From: a virus | Virus genome (UHGV): UHGV-1366123 | Direction: 5' to 3' (one strand) | Length of the DNA stretch: 64,000 nucleotides | Shown: positions 35,583 through 45,658 of the stretch, in pieces | How positions within the stretch are numbered: position 1 is the stretch's first letter | Layout of the letters: every line of letters starts with the position of its first letter | Notes under the pieces: model-generated | Told to the model about the DNA's origin: nothing | The model's database searches: none | The model's input: the letters and a program-made list of their open reading frames with translations, nothing else | Program-made: the position numbers and the translations under genes

Positions 35583-37190
35583 ATGAAAGCAATACTTTCT
35601 GAAGACAAGATGTTTATCGACCTTCATTATGAAAATGAAGGAGAAATGTTACAGACAAACGACTACTTCCATAGGAAAGTAAAAAACTACCATTTCATGA
35701 AGAAGAAATTCAAAGGATGGAATGGTATTGTTGCTTATATCTACAAAGGGAAACGTATAAGATCGACGATGTGGTCGAAGCTTATCGAAATGTGTGAGAA
35801 ATATCACTTCCCACTTGAGTTTGAGAACTTTGATGGTTTTATCCGTGAGGAGATCACCTACGAATTTGTAGAAAAGTTCTGTAAGAAGCTTCTCTCTTGT
35901 CATCCAAAGATCAGACCATACGACTATCAGATTGACACTGTCTATAAAGCAATCAGGTCTCGTTTCAGTTGTGTAGAGGTCGCAACGAGTGGTGGTAAAA
36001 CGTTGATAATGTACATGTACATGATGCTTCTGAGATACTTGAAAATCTCGAAGAACATCCTTATCATTGAACCCGACCCAGGTCTTGTTATTCAGTCTTA
36101 TGATGAATGGCGAGATTATGCTTGTGGAAAATACAACCTCAATGTTGCAATGATCCATGGTGGTTCTAAGGACAAGCTCTCGGCAAACGATTTCCCACAC
36201 GCAATAGGAAACTTTGCATCACTTATAAATCTTCCCGATGAGTTCTTTGAGAAGTTTGACACTGTAATCTGTGACGAAGCACACAGATCCGTTGCCACAA
36301 CCATCAAGCAGATTCTTGCGAGATGTGGTGCAACAGAAAACCTTCTTGGATGTTCGGGATCATTCTACAAAGGAAAAGGCGATGCCGATGAGTTCACTGT
36401 AGAAGAGAACTTCGGACCAGTTGTGAGAGTTATCAAGAAAACTGATCTGATCAATAGAGGTGCAGCGACTAACATAACGATCAGAATGATAAACGTCAAG
36501 TTCTGTAGTAGACAAGAACTCATCCATTTAGCATCAGAAAAAGACTATATCGAAGATGGTGAGAAGTCGCTGAGATATGAACAACAGTTCATCCGAAATC
36601 ATAAACGTCTTCTTGAATGGAAATGTCAGTTCATCTGCTCCTTGAAAGGTAACACCCTTGTCTACTTCAATGACAAGAAGGGTGGTTATGGTCGAAAGAT
36701 CTATGAAAGACTTCAAGAGATCTCCTTCCAAAGAGGACTTTCTAAGAAAGTGTTCTATATTGATGGCGACATTTCTGCCACGGAGAGAGAAGTGATTAAA
36801 GACTACATGAGAAACGACACCACAGGTCAATCGATTCTCGTGGCGAATTATTCAGTTTTCTCTACTGGTCAATCGATTAAAAACCTTGTGAATGTTGTCA
36901 CTGGTGAAGCAATTAAGAGTGATATTCTTCTTAACCAGTCATCTGGTCGACTTTTGAGACTTTCTGATGGTAAGGAGATGTCATACTTTTACGATATAAC
37001 AGAAGATACTACTGTAGTTCGTTCAAATCCGATGACTGGACAAAAGGAAACCAAGAAATGTTTCATGGTGAATTGGTCAAAGTCGAGACTTGAATACTAC
37101 AGATCTGAAGATTTGATCGTAGAATCCTACAATGTTGATATAACAAAGGAAGGTTCTATGGAAATCAAAGAATCAGAGACTATCTTTTAA
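35583..37190 (+). CDS. SF2 DEAD/DEAH-box helicase (T4 UvsW-like)
   Basis: Motif I ATSGGKT, motif II ICDEAHR, Q-motif-like PYDYQ, C-terminal helicase domain (VANYSVFSTGQSIKNL). Confidence 0.65.
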   Translation: MKAILSEDKMFIDLHYENEGEMLQTNDYFHRKVKNYHFMKKKFKGWNGIVAYIYKGKRIRSTMWSKLIEMCEKYHFPLEFENFDGFIREEITYEFVEKFCKKLLSCHPKIRPYDYQIDTVYKAIRSRFSCVEVATSGGKTLIMYMYMMLLRYLKISKNILIIEPDPGLVIQSYDEWRDYACGKYNLNVAMIHGGSKDKLSANDFPHAIGNFASLINLPDEFFEKFDTVICDEAHRSVATTIKQILARCGATENLLGCSGSFYKGKGDADEFTVEENFGPVVRVIKKTDLINRGAATNITIRMINVKFCSRQELIHLASEKDYIEDGEKSLRYEQQFIRNHKRLLEWKCQFICSLKGNTLVYFNDKKGGYGRKIYERLQEISFQRGLSKKVFYIDGDISATEREVIKDYMRNDTTGQSILVANYSVFSTGQSIKNLVNVVTGEAIKSDILLNQSSGRLLRLSDGKEMSYFYDITEDTTVVRSNPMTGQKETKKCFMVNWSKSRLEYYRSEDLIVESYNVDITKEGSMEIKESETIF

Positions 37191-37201
37191 TTAATAGAAG
37201 A

Positions 37202-37825
37202 ATGAAACAGAAAAAAACAATCTATCTTGTAGGTGCTGTAGTACTTTTGTTTGTGATTACAGTCATCTGTGTAAAAAGCTGTAATGGTAGTTCTGGTAAA
37301 TCTATCACTGACACTACCGCTCTTGAATCGACTGTTGTAGATTCTCTACCACAGGATTCATTAGAATCTGTAATCACGATCGAACAAGAGATCGAAGCTC
37401 CCTTGAAGGTCGATTCTTCAAAGTTCCCCGACTACGTTTATTCTTATGAATACATCGAAGTCTATGAAAAATTCAAGCCACTACTTTCCGCAATAGCACA
37501 TGTTGAATCTCGTGGGATTCCAAACATGGTCTCCAAGAGTGGAAAGTATCAAGGTCTTCTCCAACAGTCAATCATCAATGTTGATGATTGTAACCAATCG
37601 ACGAACTCTGCGTTCAAGTACGAAGATCGAAAGAATCCCAAGAAGGCGGTGCAGATGTTCCTCATAACTCAGAAGAAGTACAATAAGAAGATGTCTTACG
37701 AAATGGCTTGTAGAATCTGGTCACGTCACGACATCAGTGGGACAGACCCCGAAGCTGGGAGATACTGGGAAAGAGTAAAACAAGAACTCGATAAGCACGA
37801 TTATTCCCCACTTTGGGAGAACTAA
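37202..37825 (+). CDS. Lytic transglycosylase-like (SLT-domain) protein with N-terminal membrane anchor or signal
   Basis: N-terminal hydrophobic LVGAVVLLFVITVICV; AIAHVESRG (catalytic Glu-Ser) ... GLLQQS resembles the SLT E-S ... GLMQ motifs. Confidence 0.55.
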   Translation: MKQKKTIYLVGAVVLLFVITVICVKSCNGSSGKSITDTTALESTVVDSLPQDSLESVITIEQEIEAPLKVDSSKFPDYVYSYEYIEVYEKFKPLLSAIAHVESRGIPNMVSKSGKYQGLLQQSIINVDDCNQSTNSAFKYEDRKNPKKAVQMFLITQKKYNKKMSYEMACRIWSRHDISGTDPEAGRYWERVKQELDKHDYSPLWEN

Positions 37826-37849
37826 TAACCAAGAGATAAATCGAAAAGT

Positions 37850-37892
37850 GTCGGAGGTATCTGAAAAAGGTATCTCCGACATTTCTCTTTTT
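37850..37892 (+). terminator. Stem-loop plus U-tract terminator
   Basis: GTCGGAG ... CTCCGAC then ATTTCTCTTTTTG. Confidence 0.45.
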
Positions 37893-37921
37893 GAAAATAT
37901 AAAGAAAAAACCGAGAGACAT

Positions 37922-38383
37922 ATGGCGAAGAAGGTTGTAGAGAACATGCTGTGGTCTACAGAACGTGTAGAGAAGCTCATACAGGAATTCAACGACAAGG
38001 GTGTACTTCCCAAGAAGAATCCGTTTTATAGTGGTGATGTTCGCTTGAGGAAACCACGTATCAACTTCTCATACACAGAGGATGAACTTCTTGAACTTGC
38101 AAAGGTTCAAGATTCTGTCTTGTACTTCTCAGAAAATCTGGCCAAGGTAAAAACTGATGATGGTATCAAGCATATCAAACTGAGACCATATCAGACAAGA
38201 ATCATCCAACAGCTTCAGTATTACAGACACAACGTCATCCTTGCTTCACGTCAGATTGGGAAAAGTAAAGGCTGGGGATCTGTTATAAATGGACTCGAAG
38301 GTGACTTCAAGATTTCTGACCTCTTCCCTCGAACACTCATCAATAGACTAAGATCAAAGCTGTATTCGACGATCTATGGGTAA
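37922..38383 (+). pseudogene. Large terminase (T4 gp17-like) N-terminal fragment, truncated just after the Walker A P-loop
   Basis: SVLYFSENLAKVKTDDGIKHIKLRPYQTRIIQQL..VILASRQIGKS aligns with gp17 (DIVYFAETY...VQLRDYQRDMLKIM..VCNLSRQLGKT); the ORF ends 30 codons later, directly abutting a MITE-like hairpin element. Confidence 0.6.
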
Positions 38384-38390
38384 ACGACTT

Positions 38391-38483
38391 CACGGAAGGC
38401 ACTTTCCTTGCGCTCTGAAGATTTCGGTGTTGTTCTCATAGCTCTTTGATATACAGAGCGCAAGGAAAGCACCTCGTCTTTAT
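38391..38483. repeat. MITE-like hairpin element copy abutting the truncated terminase ORF
   Basis: CACGGAAGGCACTTTCCTTGCGCTCTGA ... CAGAGCGCAAGGAAAGCACCTCGTCTTTAT. Confidence 0.7.
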
Positions 38484-38497
38484 CCGAAGATATATTC

Positions 38498-38551
38498 GAA
38501 AACCGATTGGGGTCATCTGATGCTATTTTCAGATGACCCCAATCGGTTTTC
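38498..38551. terminator. Bidirectional terminator (22-bp stem GAAAACCGATTGGGGTCATCTGA/TCAGATGACCCCAATCGGTTTTC)
   Basis: seen in sequence between convergent genes. Confidence 0.75.
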
Positions 38552-38567
38552 TTATTTCTCTTTCCTT

Positions 38568-39374
38568 TTAAGGAGAAACTTTACACGTGCCACTGAGCAC
38601 GGACTGTTCCATAGATTGAACAAGCGTTGATGCACTTGGATCGATCGGCAGTTTAGTGCCTATTATCTGCGCCAGACCCTTCAGAAGAATCATAAGTGGT
38701 TCACCATTCACCATTTTGTAGGAAGGATTCGCACCTGCCATGTACTCAGAACCATTGTCGTGTATCTTCTGTGAGTTCACGGTGACGCTATTCTCTGAAG
38801 AGATGTTGATCTGATTCTTGGAGACAATGTCGATATCGTCACCTCTGAGTTCTATAACTGCAGATCCTCCACGATGCGTGATCACTATCGACCCATCTGG
38901 CTTGATGTTTACGTTTGATTCGTTATAATCGATCATCATACCTTTCTTTTTACTGTAGAAGATCTTCATCTTCTCATCAGTATCGAACAGAAGTGAATGG
39001 AAGTTCTCGGGATCATTCTTGATCTCCTGCCGAAGTTCCTCGTCTAACCATTCAATAGAAAAGTAACGAGGGTGATAAATGTCGTCCTTGAACACCACTC
39101 TTACAACACTTCCCACCTTTGGTGCAGAATACGCACCTGCACCACTTTTGCTACCAAATGAAAGGGTTTCTATTGGATAAGCGTATGGAAGATCTTCATC
39201 TGGTATGCTTCCGAGATCTTTGGAATCGAATACACCAAAGACCCTAATCTTCACTCTGCCTGGGTCTTTGTCTGTTCCCTCAAGAGAGACGATTTCTCCA
39301 AGATGACTGCATGACATCATCTCCTTGAGTTCACCAAAAAGGTCTCTGTGGATTATTTCACTTCTATTAGACAT
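38568..39374 (-). CDS. Baseplate central spike/hub protein (gp5 / Phage_base_V-like OB-fold N-terminus)
   Basis: PKVGSVVRVVFKDDIYHPRYFSIEW matches the G-x-V-V-x-V-x-F-x-D-G/D-x-x-x-P-x-W/Y OB-domain motif of gpV/gp5. Confidence 0.5.
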   Translation of the reverse strand: MSNRSEIIHRDLFGELKEMMSCSHLGEIVSLEGTDKDPGRVKIRVFGVFDSKDLGSIPDEDLPYAYPIETLSFGSKSGAGAYSAPKVGSVVRVVFKDDIYHPRYFSIEWLDEELRQEIKNDPENFHSLLFDTDEKMKIFYSKKKGMMIDYNESNVNIKPDGSIVITHRGGSAVIELRGDDIDIVSKNQINISSENSVTVNSQKIHDNGSEYMAGANPSYKMVNGEPLMILLKGLAQIIGTKLPIDPSASTLVQSMEQSVLSGTCKVSP

Positions 39375-39930
39375 TTTCCAGTTTGTATTGTACTTCTCTT
39401 ATGTCTTGAGGTCTTACAACGTCAAGACCGTAGTAGATCGCTTTCCTTTTGAATTCGTCTGCTTCTTTTCTCACCTTTATATTTGTCGATATCACAACTA
39501 CAACATTGTCTTGGAATCTCGAGAACTCGTTCGTCTCTGTCATCGATCCATAATTCGTCGATCGGATTCCATAGTTGAAGATTCTCGGGATTTCGTCTAT
39601 CGCTCTTTTTGGAAGGTACATGTAGAAAATCGTCTCCCCTCCTTCATCTTCATAGTTTGGATTCTTCTCGATCTTGTAGCCATTCGTGATAATCGTCTGA
39701 TTACCATTATCACCACGGACTATTGCAGATGTTGACTTTTCGAGAATATGCTCCATAGAAATCTTCCCTTGGTAGTACCTCTCGACGATGTTCTTGACAC
39801 CATAGTACTTCTTTTGTGGAACATCTTGAAGTCTCATTCCGCCTTTGATAACTTTCAAGCACAATGCGAAAAGTTCACGCTGTTTTGAGCTTGTGGTGAA
39901 TTGTCGCCCATCTATTCTTGCCGAAGTCAT
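39367..39930 (-). CDS. hypothetical baseplate-module protein
   Basis: co-oriented and overlapping with the gp5-like and gp25-like genes. Confidence 0.4.
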   Translation of the reverse strand: MTSARIDGRQFTTSSKQRELFALCLKVIKGGMRLQDVPQKKYYGVKNIVERYYQGKISMEHILEKSTSAIVRGDNGNQTIITNGYKIEKNPNYEDEGGETIFYMYLPKRAIDEIPRIFNYGIRSTNYGSMTETNEFSRFQDNVVVVISTNIKVRKEADEFKRKAIYYGLDVVRPQDIREVQYKLENV

Positions 39931-39973
39931 AAAGAATCGTTATTAGTTGTTTTTAACACTTCCTTTATGATTC

Positions 39974-40315
39974 TTATCGTATAACGAATGACAGTTTTTT
40001 AGTATAGTTTATTGTTATGTCAATTATGCAAGTATCTCGCTCCTCGGTTTCCATGAAGCTAACTTCAACCTCAGTGTGGAACATGTCGTAATAAGTAGAA
40101 TATTCTCTTATCTTCGTCATTATCTCACGTTCCAGCGCCTTATTATCGATGTTTGTCTCATAAACCAGTCTTTCAAGATCAAGTGGCATTCCAAAAGATC
40201 CCATGACTTCATGGGGTGAAGTGTTGAGGATCATGACAATTTCTTGGATGTATTTGTTGATATTGTCATTTATGTCCATTTTTGTTGCACTTGGATCGAT
40301 GTTGATATCTTTCAT
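39974..40315 (-). CDS. Baseplate wedge protein, gp25/GPW family
   Basis: NTSPHEVMGSFGMPLDLERLVYE...REYSTYYDMFHTEVEVSFMETE parallels T4 gp25 (TRKGSRPFDPEFGCDLSDQLFEN...RNYEPRI...); size 113 aa. Confidence 0.55.
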   Translation of the reverse strand: MKDINIDPSATKMDINDNINKYIQEIVMILNTSPHEVMGSFGMPLDLERLVYETNIDNKALEREIMTKIREYSTYYDMFHTEVEVSFMETEERDTCIIDITINYTKKLSFVIR

Positions 40316-40371
40316 CTTTTTGTTTTTATCTACAGCCTTTATTTAAAGATATACGTCGGGAAAAGATATCG

Positions 40372-40383
40372 TAAATAACGAAA
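40372..40383 (+). promoter_or_regulatory. Putative late promoter TAAATAACGAAA
   Basis: recurring 12-mer 13 nt upstream of ATG 40397. Confidence 0.5.
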
Positions 40384-40396
40384 TCGCTGACGGAAG

Positions 40397-40990
40397 ATGC
40401 TTTCTAATCCAGTTTTTAACAGATTTCACTTATACTTTTCGAGACAATTTCTCATACCTTCTGTGAGGAAGAAGTTTCAGAGATGGTTTGATAGACAGAC
40501 ACCAGTCTTTGATTCTATGATTGCATATGTCAACGATTCAATATACGGTGTTGACATCCCTCAGATGTCTACACAAATAGTTGATCAAACATCCAGAGAC
40601 GGATCAAAGAGACATTACGCAGGTTCTCTGTCTGCTACATCATCAATCAAAAAGTCGATCACTGTTAGTTTCAAGATAAGGAACAACTTCTTCACTTACT
40701 TTCTCATGAGATCAATGTTTGTCGAGTTCATAGATCGTCGTGATAAGAACACTGACTTTATACTCCCCCACATTACGCTCGACATTATCGACCAGTACGG
40801 CTATGTGATCTTCACCCAGAACTATCACGGTGTTGTCTTTGAGAGCATTTCTTCGATTTCCTTGAAGAAAAATGAGAATGGCTTTGGTTACAGAGAGTTT
40901 ACCTGCACTTTCAGATACAACTCAATCGAAGAAGTCTCACCTCTCGAAGAAATGACCCCACTAAAACTTTCGTCTGAAAATGTCTATTAA
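40397..40990 (+). CDS. hypothetical late protein
   Basis: late promoter upstream. Confidence 0.45.
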   Translation: MLSNPVFNRFHLYFSRQFLIPSVRKKFQRWFDRQTPVFDSMIAYVNDSIYGVDIPQMSTQIVDQTSRDGSKRHYAGSLSATSSIKKSITVSFKIRNNFFTYFLMRSMFVEFIDRRDKNTDFILPHITLDIIDQYGYVIFTQNYHGVVFESISSISLKKNENGFGYREFTCTFRYNSIEEVSPLEEMTPLKLSSENVY

Positions 40991-42068
40991 AATCGCCAAT
41001 AAGCCTTATTATGTGACATGTTCACAATCTTACACACTTGGTAAAAATCAACCTTATCAAGTGAACAAGTTTATAGATGGACGGAAATCGACAAAGATAG
41101 TCGAAAAGTTTAAAAGCAAGAAGGAAGCCGATAAGTATCGTGAAAAATTCAACGACAAATGGATCGTGACTTTCTGCACGACAGATGGTGAAGAACTTGA
41201 AGATATCGAAGTGTTCTCAACAAAACAAGATGCCGAGAAGTTCTTCGGGGACAACATACTCTCCAACAAAGAGCATATCAAGAATGAAGAGGATGAGGAA
41301 GATGATCGTCTGATTCATATGCTTGAAACCTCCTTGATGGACGGTTATCTTCCGTCGACCATTCTTGGAGATGATGCTTCCGATGAGGAACGTGAAAGAC
41401 TTCAGAGACTTCAAGAAGCAGAACTGGCAGATGGTGAGTATGATGAAAACACGACGATGGCACTTGCGAGAGCCAATGATCTCCTCAGATCTGTCGCTGA
41501 ACTCTACCTTGATAAGGGAACGATCGAGAAGCATAAGTTCATCCTCAACAAACTTGCTTTTGAACAGCAATCGATCTCATCGATCACTCTCCAGATTGTC
41601 ATCTCTAACAGACTTCTCAAGAAGATCTACAAAGAGATAGTGAAGAATCCTTCACCGAAGAATATCGATTCACTGGTAAAACTACAGAAGATGATCCTTG
41701 ACCTTTCGAAGTATCAAAGAGAATACATCGATTCGGTACAATCATCATTCAAGAATCTGAAGAAGGATAGTGAAGAAGAGATCTTTGCTCAAGATGAGGT
41801 GATGGATGTTGATGTTGTTGATGTCACACACGAAGATGGATCACTTTCGACAAACTCAAGATCGGAACTCATCAAGAAGCTTGCTGAATTCCGATCTGCT
41901 TCTTCTGATATGAAAATACCAAAGTCACCGAATACGAAACTCGTGACCGATGACCCACTCGTGGAAACGGAAGCCAAGATCTACGTTCCAAATGCTGATC
42001 CTTCTGATGGTGTGGATTCACTTACGGAAGCTGAAGATGATGGACTTTCCTCGTCTCTCAACTACTAA
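40980..42068 (+). CDS. hypothetical acidic protein (D/E-rich; possible internal or scaffold-like)
   Basis: composition only. Confidence 0.4.
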   Translation: MSIKIANKPYYVTCSQSYTLGKNQPYQVNKFIDGRKSTKIVEKFKSKKEADKYREKFNDKWIVTFCTTDGEELEDIEVFSTKQDAEKFFGDNILSNKEHIKNEEDEEDDRLIHMLETSLMDGYLPSTILGDDASDEERERLQRLQEAELADGEYDENTTMALARANDLLRSVAELYLDKGTIEKHKFILNKLAFEQQSISSITLQIVISNRLLKKIYKEIVKNPSPKNIDSLVKLQKMILDLSKYQREYIDSVQSSFKNLKKDSEEEIFAQDEVMDVDVVDVTHEDGSLSTNSRSELIKKLAEFRSASSDMKIPKSPNTKLVTDDPLVETEAKIYVPNADPSDGVDSLTEAEDDGLSSSLNY

Positions 42069-42098
42069 TCATTGATCAGCAGATAACCGTCGTTTTTT

Positions 42099-43904
42099 AT
42101 GAAGAAAAAACAAGTTAGAAAAACAACAAAGAATTCCCCTGCAAAATCTGTGAAAGATGGGAAATCTATAATAAAAACTGGTGTTAATCCAAATGTGAAA
42201 AATGGGGAGAAGTCATCAGATAGTGAAGCTATAAATTCTGCCGACCCAGATGCTCACATGATCGACGAGGTCACGGTGTCTGCACCAGCAGGTCTTGAGA
42301 GGAATAGTCAGCTTGTCTATGCCGAACACGATTCTGATGATGACAATGCCGAAGCGGATGAATATTTCACTGGTGGTGTCCAATCCAAAGGTGTTCCGTC
42401 AATCTTTAATGATTATTCGATTATGATTCATCCTCTTGCTTCTGGTGCACGTGACTTCCTCGATCGAAAAGGTGATCGAGGAATCTTTGGTCATAAGAAG
42501 AATGCTGGTGAACCTACAATTGAACAACTTCTTATCGATTTCAAGGTCAATAACAAGGAGGAAATCACTCAGATGCCTTACTACGCCAACGACTTCCTTT
42601 ATTGTAAGTGGTATCGCATGCTCCCTTTGAACAGACTTATCACACTTCGTCGTTATCCTTATCCGACTTATGATAACCTTGAGTTCTCTGAAAGAAAGAA
42701 CATAAGACCAGTTGCACAAGCCGTCACTTACTTTGGAGAACCGACAGAGAACAATCTGTCTGATATCCTCAAGATCAATGGTAAGATCAATTGGAAGGCA
42801 GTTTCTTCTCAGATATGGGATGCTCAAGCCCAAAGTCAACCAGGTCTTGAAGAATCGGCAAAGGTCAACAAGATCGGTCAACTTGGAAGACTTTCTGGTA
42901 CTGGTCGTGTTGCAGGTGCTCTCAATGCGACATCAAAGACTGCCAACAATCTCACGTCAACGGTGAATAACAACTACGTCGGTATTGGTAAGTACCTCTC
43001 TGCAATAACTGGTAAAGGTGATATAACTGGTCGTCAAAATGCAAGTATAAGTGCAGCTCGTGCTTCGATGGACTTTAGTTACACGCATAAGGTCTACGGA
43101 CCAGTCAACGTTGTCAAAGACACAATGACACGTGACACTGGGATTGGTGGCGAGTTCAAGTTCACTCTTGTCTTTGATTATCAGTTGAAATCTTATGCTA
43201 ACATGAACCCAAAGCTCGTCATGTTAGACCTCATTAACAACCTCCTTGCACTCACCTTCTTCCATGCGAAATGGTGGGGTGGTGCTAACCGATTTATGCC
43301 AGCTACTCAGAAGCAATTCGGATTCCTCGGTGATGCCAGCAAGTTCTACAGTGGTGACTATGGTGGTTACTTTGGTAGCATTATGGATCAGTTCAAGAGC
43401 GCATTTAGCGTTGTGGGTGATGCTTTCAAACAGCTTATGGGTGGTATACTTTCGGGAGACCTTAACGCAATCAAAGGTGTCCTCGGTAAGGGCTTTGGAA
43501 CGATAATGGATATGCGAAGTGCGCAATCTCGCCCACAATCAGTAGCTGTCCATTCACTGGTAAGTGGTGCACCAGTGGGAGAATATCACATGGTCATCGG
43601 TAATCCTTACAATCCGATAGCTTCCGTGGGTAATCTCATAATGGAATCGTTTGATATCACGTTCCCCGACGGAACTCTTGGATTCGATGATTTCCCCGAT
43701 ACATTGAGGTTGCGTGTGAACATGAAGAAAGCTCGTGCGCTTGATTCTGGGGACTGGCAGTCTATGCTTGCTCTTGGTTATGGTCGTACTTACGTTCCCG
43801 AAAAAGGAATCATCAACAAAGATGGTAGTAAGCCAGTTATTGATATGTCAAAGAGAAAGAAGACGAGAGCGAAGACAGCTCAAGAAGCAGGTATCGAATA
43901 CTAA
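42099..43904 (+). CDS. hypothetical large virion protein (Gly-rich central region; portal not excluded)
   Basis: WYRMLPLNRLITLRRYPYP loosely recalls the T4 portal WY...RRLDP segment; weak. Confidence 0.3.
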   Translation: MKKKQVRKTTKNSPAKSVKDGKSIIKTGVNPNVKNGEKSSDSEAINSADPDAHMIDEVTVSAPAGLERNSQLVYAEHDSDDDNAEADEYFTGGVQSKGVPSIFNDYSIMIHPLASGARDFLDRKGDRGIFGHKKNAGEPTIEQLLIDFKVNNKEEITQMPYYANDFLYCKWYRMLPLNRLITLRRYPYPTYDNLEFSERKNIRPVAQAVTYFGEPTENNLSDILKINGKINWKAVSSQIWDAQAQSQPGLEESAKVNKIGQLGRLSGTGRVAGALNATSKTANNLTSTVNNNYVGIGKYLSAITGKGDITGRQNASISAARASMDFSYTHKVYGPVNVVKDTMTRDTGIGGEFKFTLVFDYQLKSYANMNPKLVMLDLINNLLALTFFHAKWWGGANRFMPATQKQFGFLGDASKFYSGDYGGYFGSIMDQFKSAFSVVGDAFKQLMGGILSGDLNAIKGVLGKGFGTIMDMRSAQSRPQSVAVHSLVSGAPVGEYHMVIGNPYNPIASVGNLIMESFDITFPDGTLGFDDFPDTLRLRVNMKKARALDSGDWQSMLALGYGRTYVPEKGIINKDGSKPVIDMSKRKKTRAKTAQEAGIEY

Positions 43905-43931
43905 CATTCGACTTTATTCTAATATTACTAA

Positions 43932-43983
43932 CAAGAGAGCCACATCTGGAAGTGTCCCAGATGTGGCTCTCTTGCTTTTTCTT
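43932..43983 (+). terminator. Strong terminator (18-bp stem CAAGAGAGCCACATCTGG/CCAGATGTGGCTCTCTTG followed by CTTTTTCTT)
   Basis: seen in sequence. Confidence 0.8.
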
Positions 43984-43984
43984 A

Positions 43985-44046
43985 TACTTTCCGCTATGAA
44001 ACTATTCTTCGATATCTTCGAGTGCAAGGAAAGTACCTCTCTTTAA
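43985..44046. repeat. MITE-like hairpin element, right half only (loop core TTCCGCTAT plus CAAGGAAAGTACCTCTCTTTAA)
   Basis: seen in sequence. Confidence 0.55.
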
Positions 44047-45551
44047 GTCGTAATGTTCAAGACATCGATCACATTTTCGACATCGTTCTCTATTATGACG
44101 AAATAGAGCTTACGATTCGCATTTTTAAGAATCGTAACAGACGTGTTTTCTTCCATTATGAACATGTACTCACGAGCCGACAGCTCTTCACTCACCACGT
44201 TCTTCATATAGTGCTTCTGCCCATAGTCATCAACATAGACGAGGAAAGCACGATGATTGTTGTTCTGTGATTCTACACCTTTCAGATTTATCCTGTAGGT
44301 CGATCTAAATGGCGTGACGTGGATGTCCTTCTTGTCGGTTGTGATATCGGTAACGTTTACGTACTTTGTGATATACTTCGTCTTTATGACATCGTTTGAC
44401 ACCTCACGTATGTTCTTATCTGAAGATCTCGCAATTTTCTGCACAACTCTTATGTTTTGTAAAGGTGCTTGAAGTTTTACCAGTTTCCCTTGGAAGGCTT
44501 GGATATCTCTTGTGCTTATTGATGCTTCAACGCTCATACCATTTGCGTTATAAGCATTCATCAAAGTCATCTTGTAGTCGATACTGACCGAGATCACACC
44601 CTTGTTCTCTATCACTGGTCTGAACTTGAAGATCTTGTCAAAGTCAGTGTTCTGTACAGTTACCCACGTATCCTGCTCAATGAAAGAGTTACCAACCTGT
44701 TCAACAACTCTTATCTCGTGTTGTACAAAATAAGAGTTCTTTGACATCGAGTTTAGTCTGTACATGAAGTCCTCGAAACTCATACCTTCAAAACTTCCCG
44801 AGAACTCAACACAAGTCTTGTCTTCCGAAAATCTCAGTTCTGCGCTTAACGATTTGTATTCGTTCCCAATCGGAAATGATGACCGATGCTTGTTGTATGT
44901 TTGGAATACCTTGAATCCGTTCTCTACGTGAAGATTTCGGATTTCATAAGTCTCGACATGTAGAACACTGTCAATAACCATGTCCTGACCGAACACTCTC
45001 TTTACCATTTCTTCATCTGTTCGAGAATATTCGAGAATATCGTCAATGCTTATTATGTCAAACTCGATGTATCTGTCAAAGACTGATTCTGTGATTCTCT
45101 TGGGAGATTTTGCGTACGTCACATCACCTATTCGTGGAGAGAAGACGACAATATCTGCCAAATTGAAAACTTTCTCGGTGTCTCTGATGAAAAGGTTTAT
45201 TCCAATACCTTCTATGTTCTGCAGGTTATATCCACAAAGAAGATGAAGACGAACCTTGTTGTATTTCATCTTGTCATAAAACCTAAGATCACATTTCTCA
45301 TCTTTGAATATGGTGTTGTGATCGGATAGTTTCTGACCCTGTTCATCGATAGCCATTGTGTCATGCCTGTCTGTGATGAGGTGTACTTTGTCGATACTGT
45401 TCCCAGTTCCCTTCTCGTTATACAGAGTACATGTGCCGTCATATTCCGAAGTTATTCTACGAAGTCGAACATCGGTATCGTGTTTTTCTGACGCACTTGC
45501 AACGAATTCAAGTAGAAGTTCTGTACTTATTCGTATGTATCGTGAATTCAT
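44043..45551 (-). CDS. hypothetical late structural protein (502 aa)
   Basis: late promoter motif upstream (minus strand). Confidence 0.5.
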   Translation of the reverse strand: MNSRYIRISTELLLEFVASASEKHDTDVRLRRITSEYDGTCTLYNEKGTGNSIDKVHLITDRHDTMAIDEQGQKLSDHNTIFKDEKCDLRFYDKMKYNKVRLHLLCGYNLQNIEGIGINLFIRDTEKVFNLADIVVFSPRIGDVTYAKSPKRITESVFDRYIEFDIISIDDILEYSRTDEEMVKRVFGQDMVIDSVLHVETYEIRNLHVENGFKVFQTYNKHRSSFPIGNEYKSLSAELRFSEDKTCVEFSGSFEGMSFEDFMYRLNSMSKNSYFVQHEIRVVEQVGNSFIEQDTWVTVQNTDFDKIFKFRPVIENKGVISVSIDYKMTLMNAYNANGMSVEASISTRDIQAFQGKLVKLQAPLQNIRVVQKIARSSDKNIREVSNDVIKTKYITKYVNVTDITTDKKDIHVTPFRSTYRINLKGVESQNNNHRAFLVYVDDYGQKHYMKNVVSEELSAREYMFIMEENTSVTILKNANRKLYFVIIENDVENVIDVLNITT

Positions 45552-45566
45552 TATTGTTCTTTGAGA

Positions 45567-45578
45567 TTTCGTTATTTA
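45567..45578 (-). promoter_or_regulatory. Putative late promoter TAAATAACGAAA (minus strand)
   Basis: recurring 12-mer 15 nt upstream of ATG at 45551. Confidence 0.5.
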
Positions 45579-45596
45579 CAATATTCACGAAAATCA

Positions 45597-45630
45597 AAAG
45601 CCCCGACGAGAACGATCTCGTCGGGGCTTT
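45597..45630 (-). terminator. Terminator (14-bp stem AAAGCCCCGACGAG/CTCGTCGGGGCTTT; U-tract on minus strand)
   Basis: seen in sequence. Confidence 0.65.
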
Positions 45631-45658
45631 CTACTTAACCCGTAAACATTTATGAATT

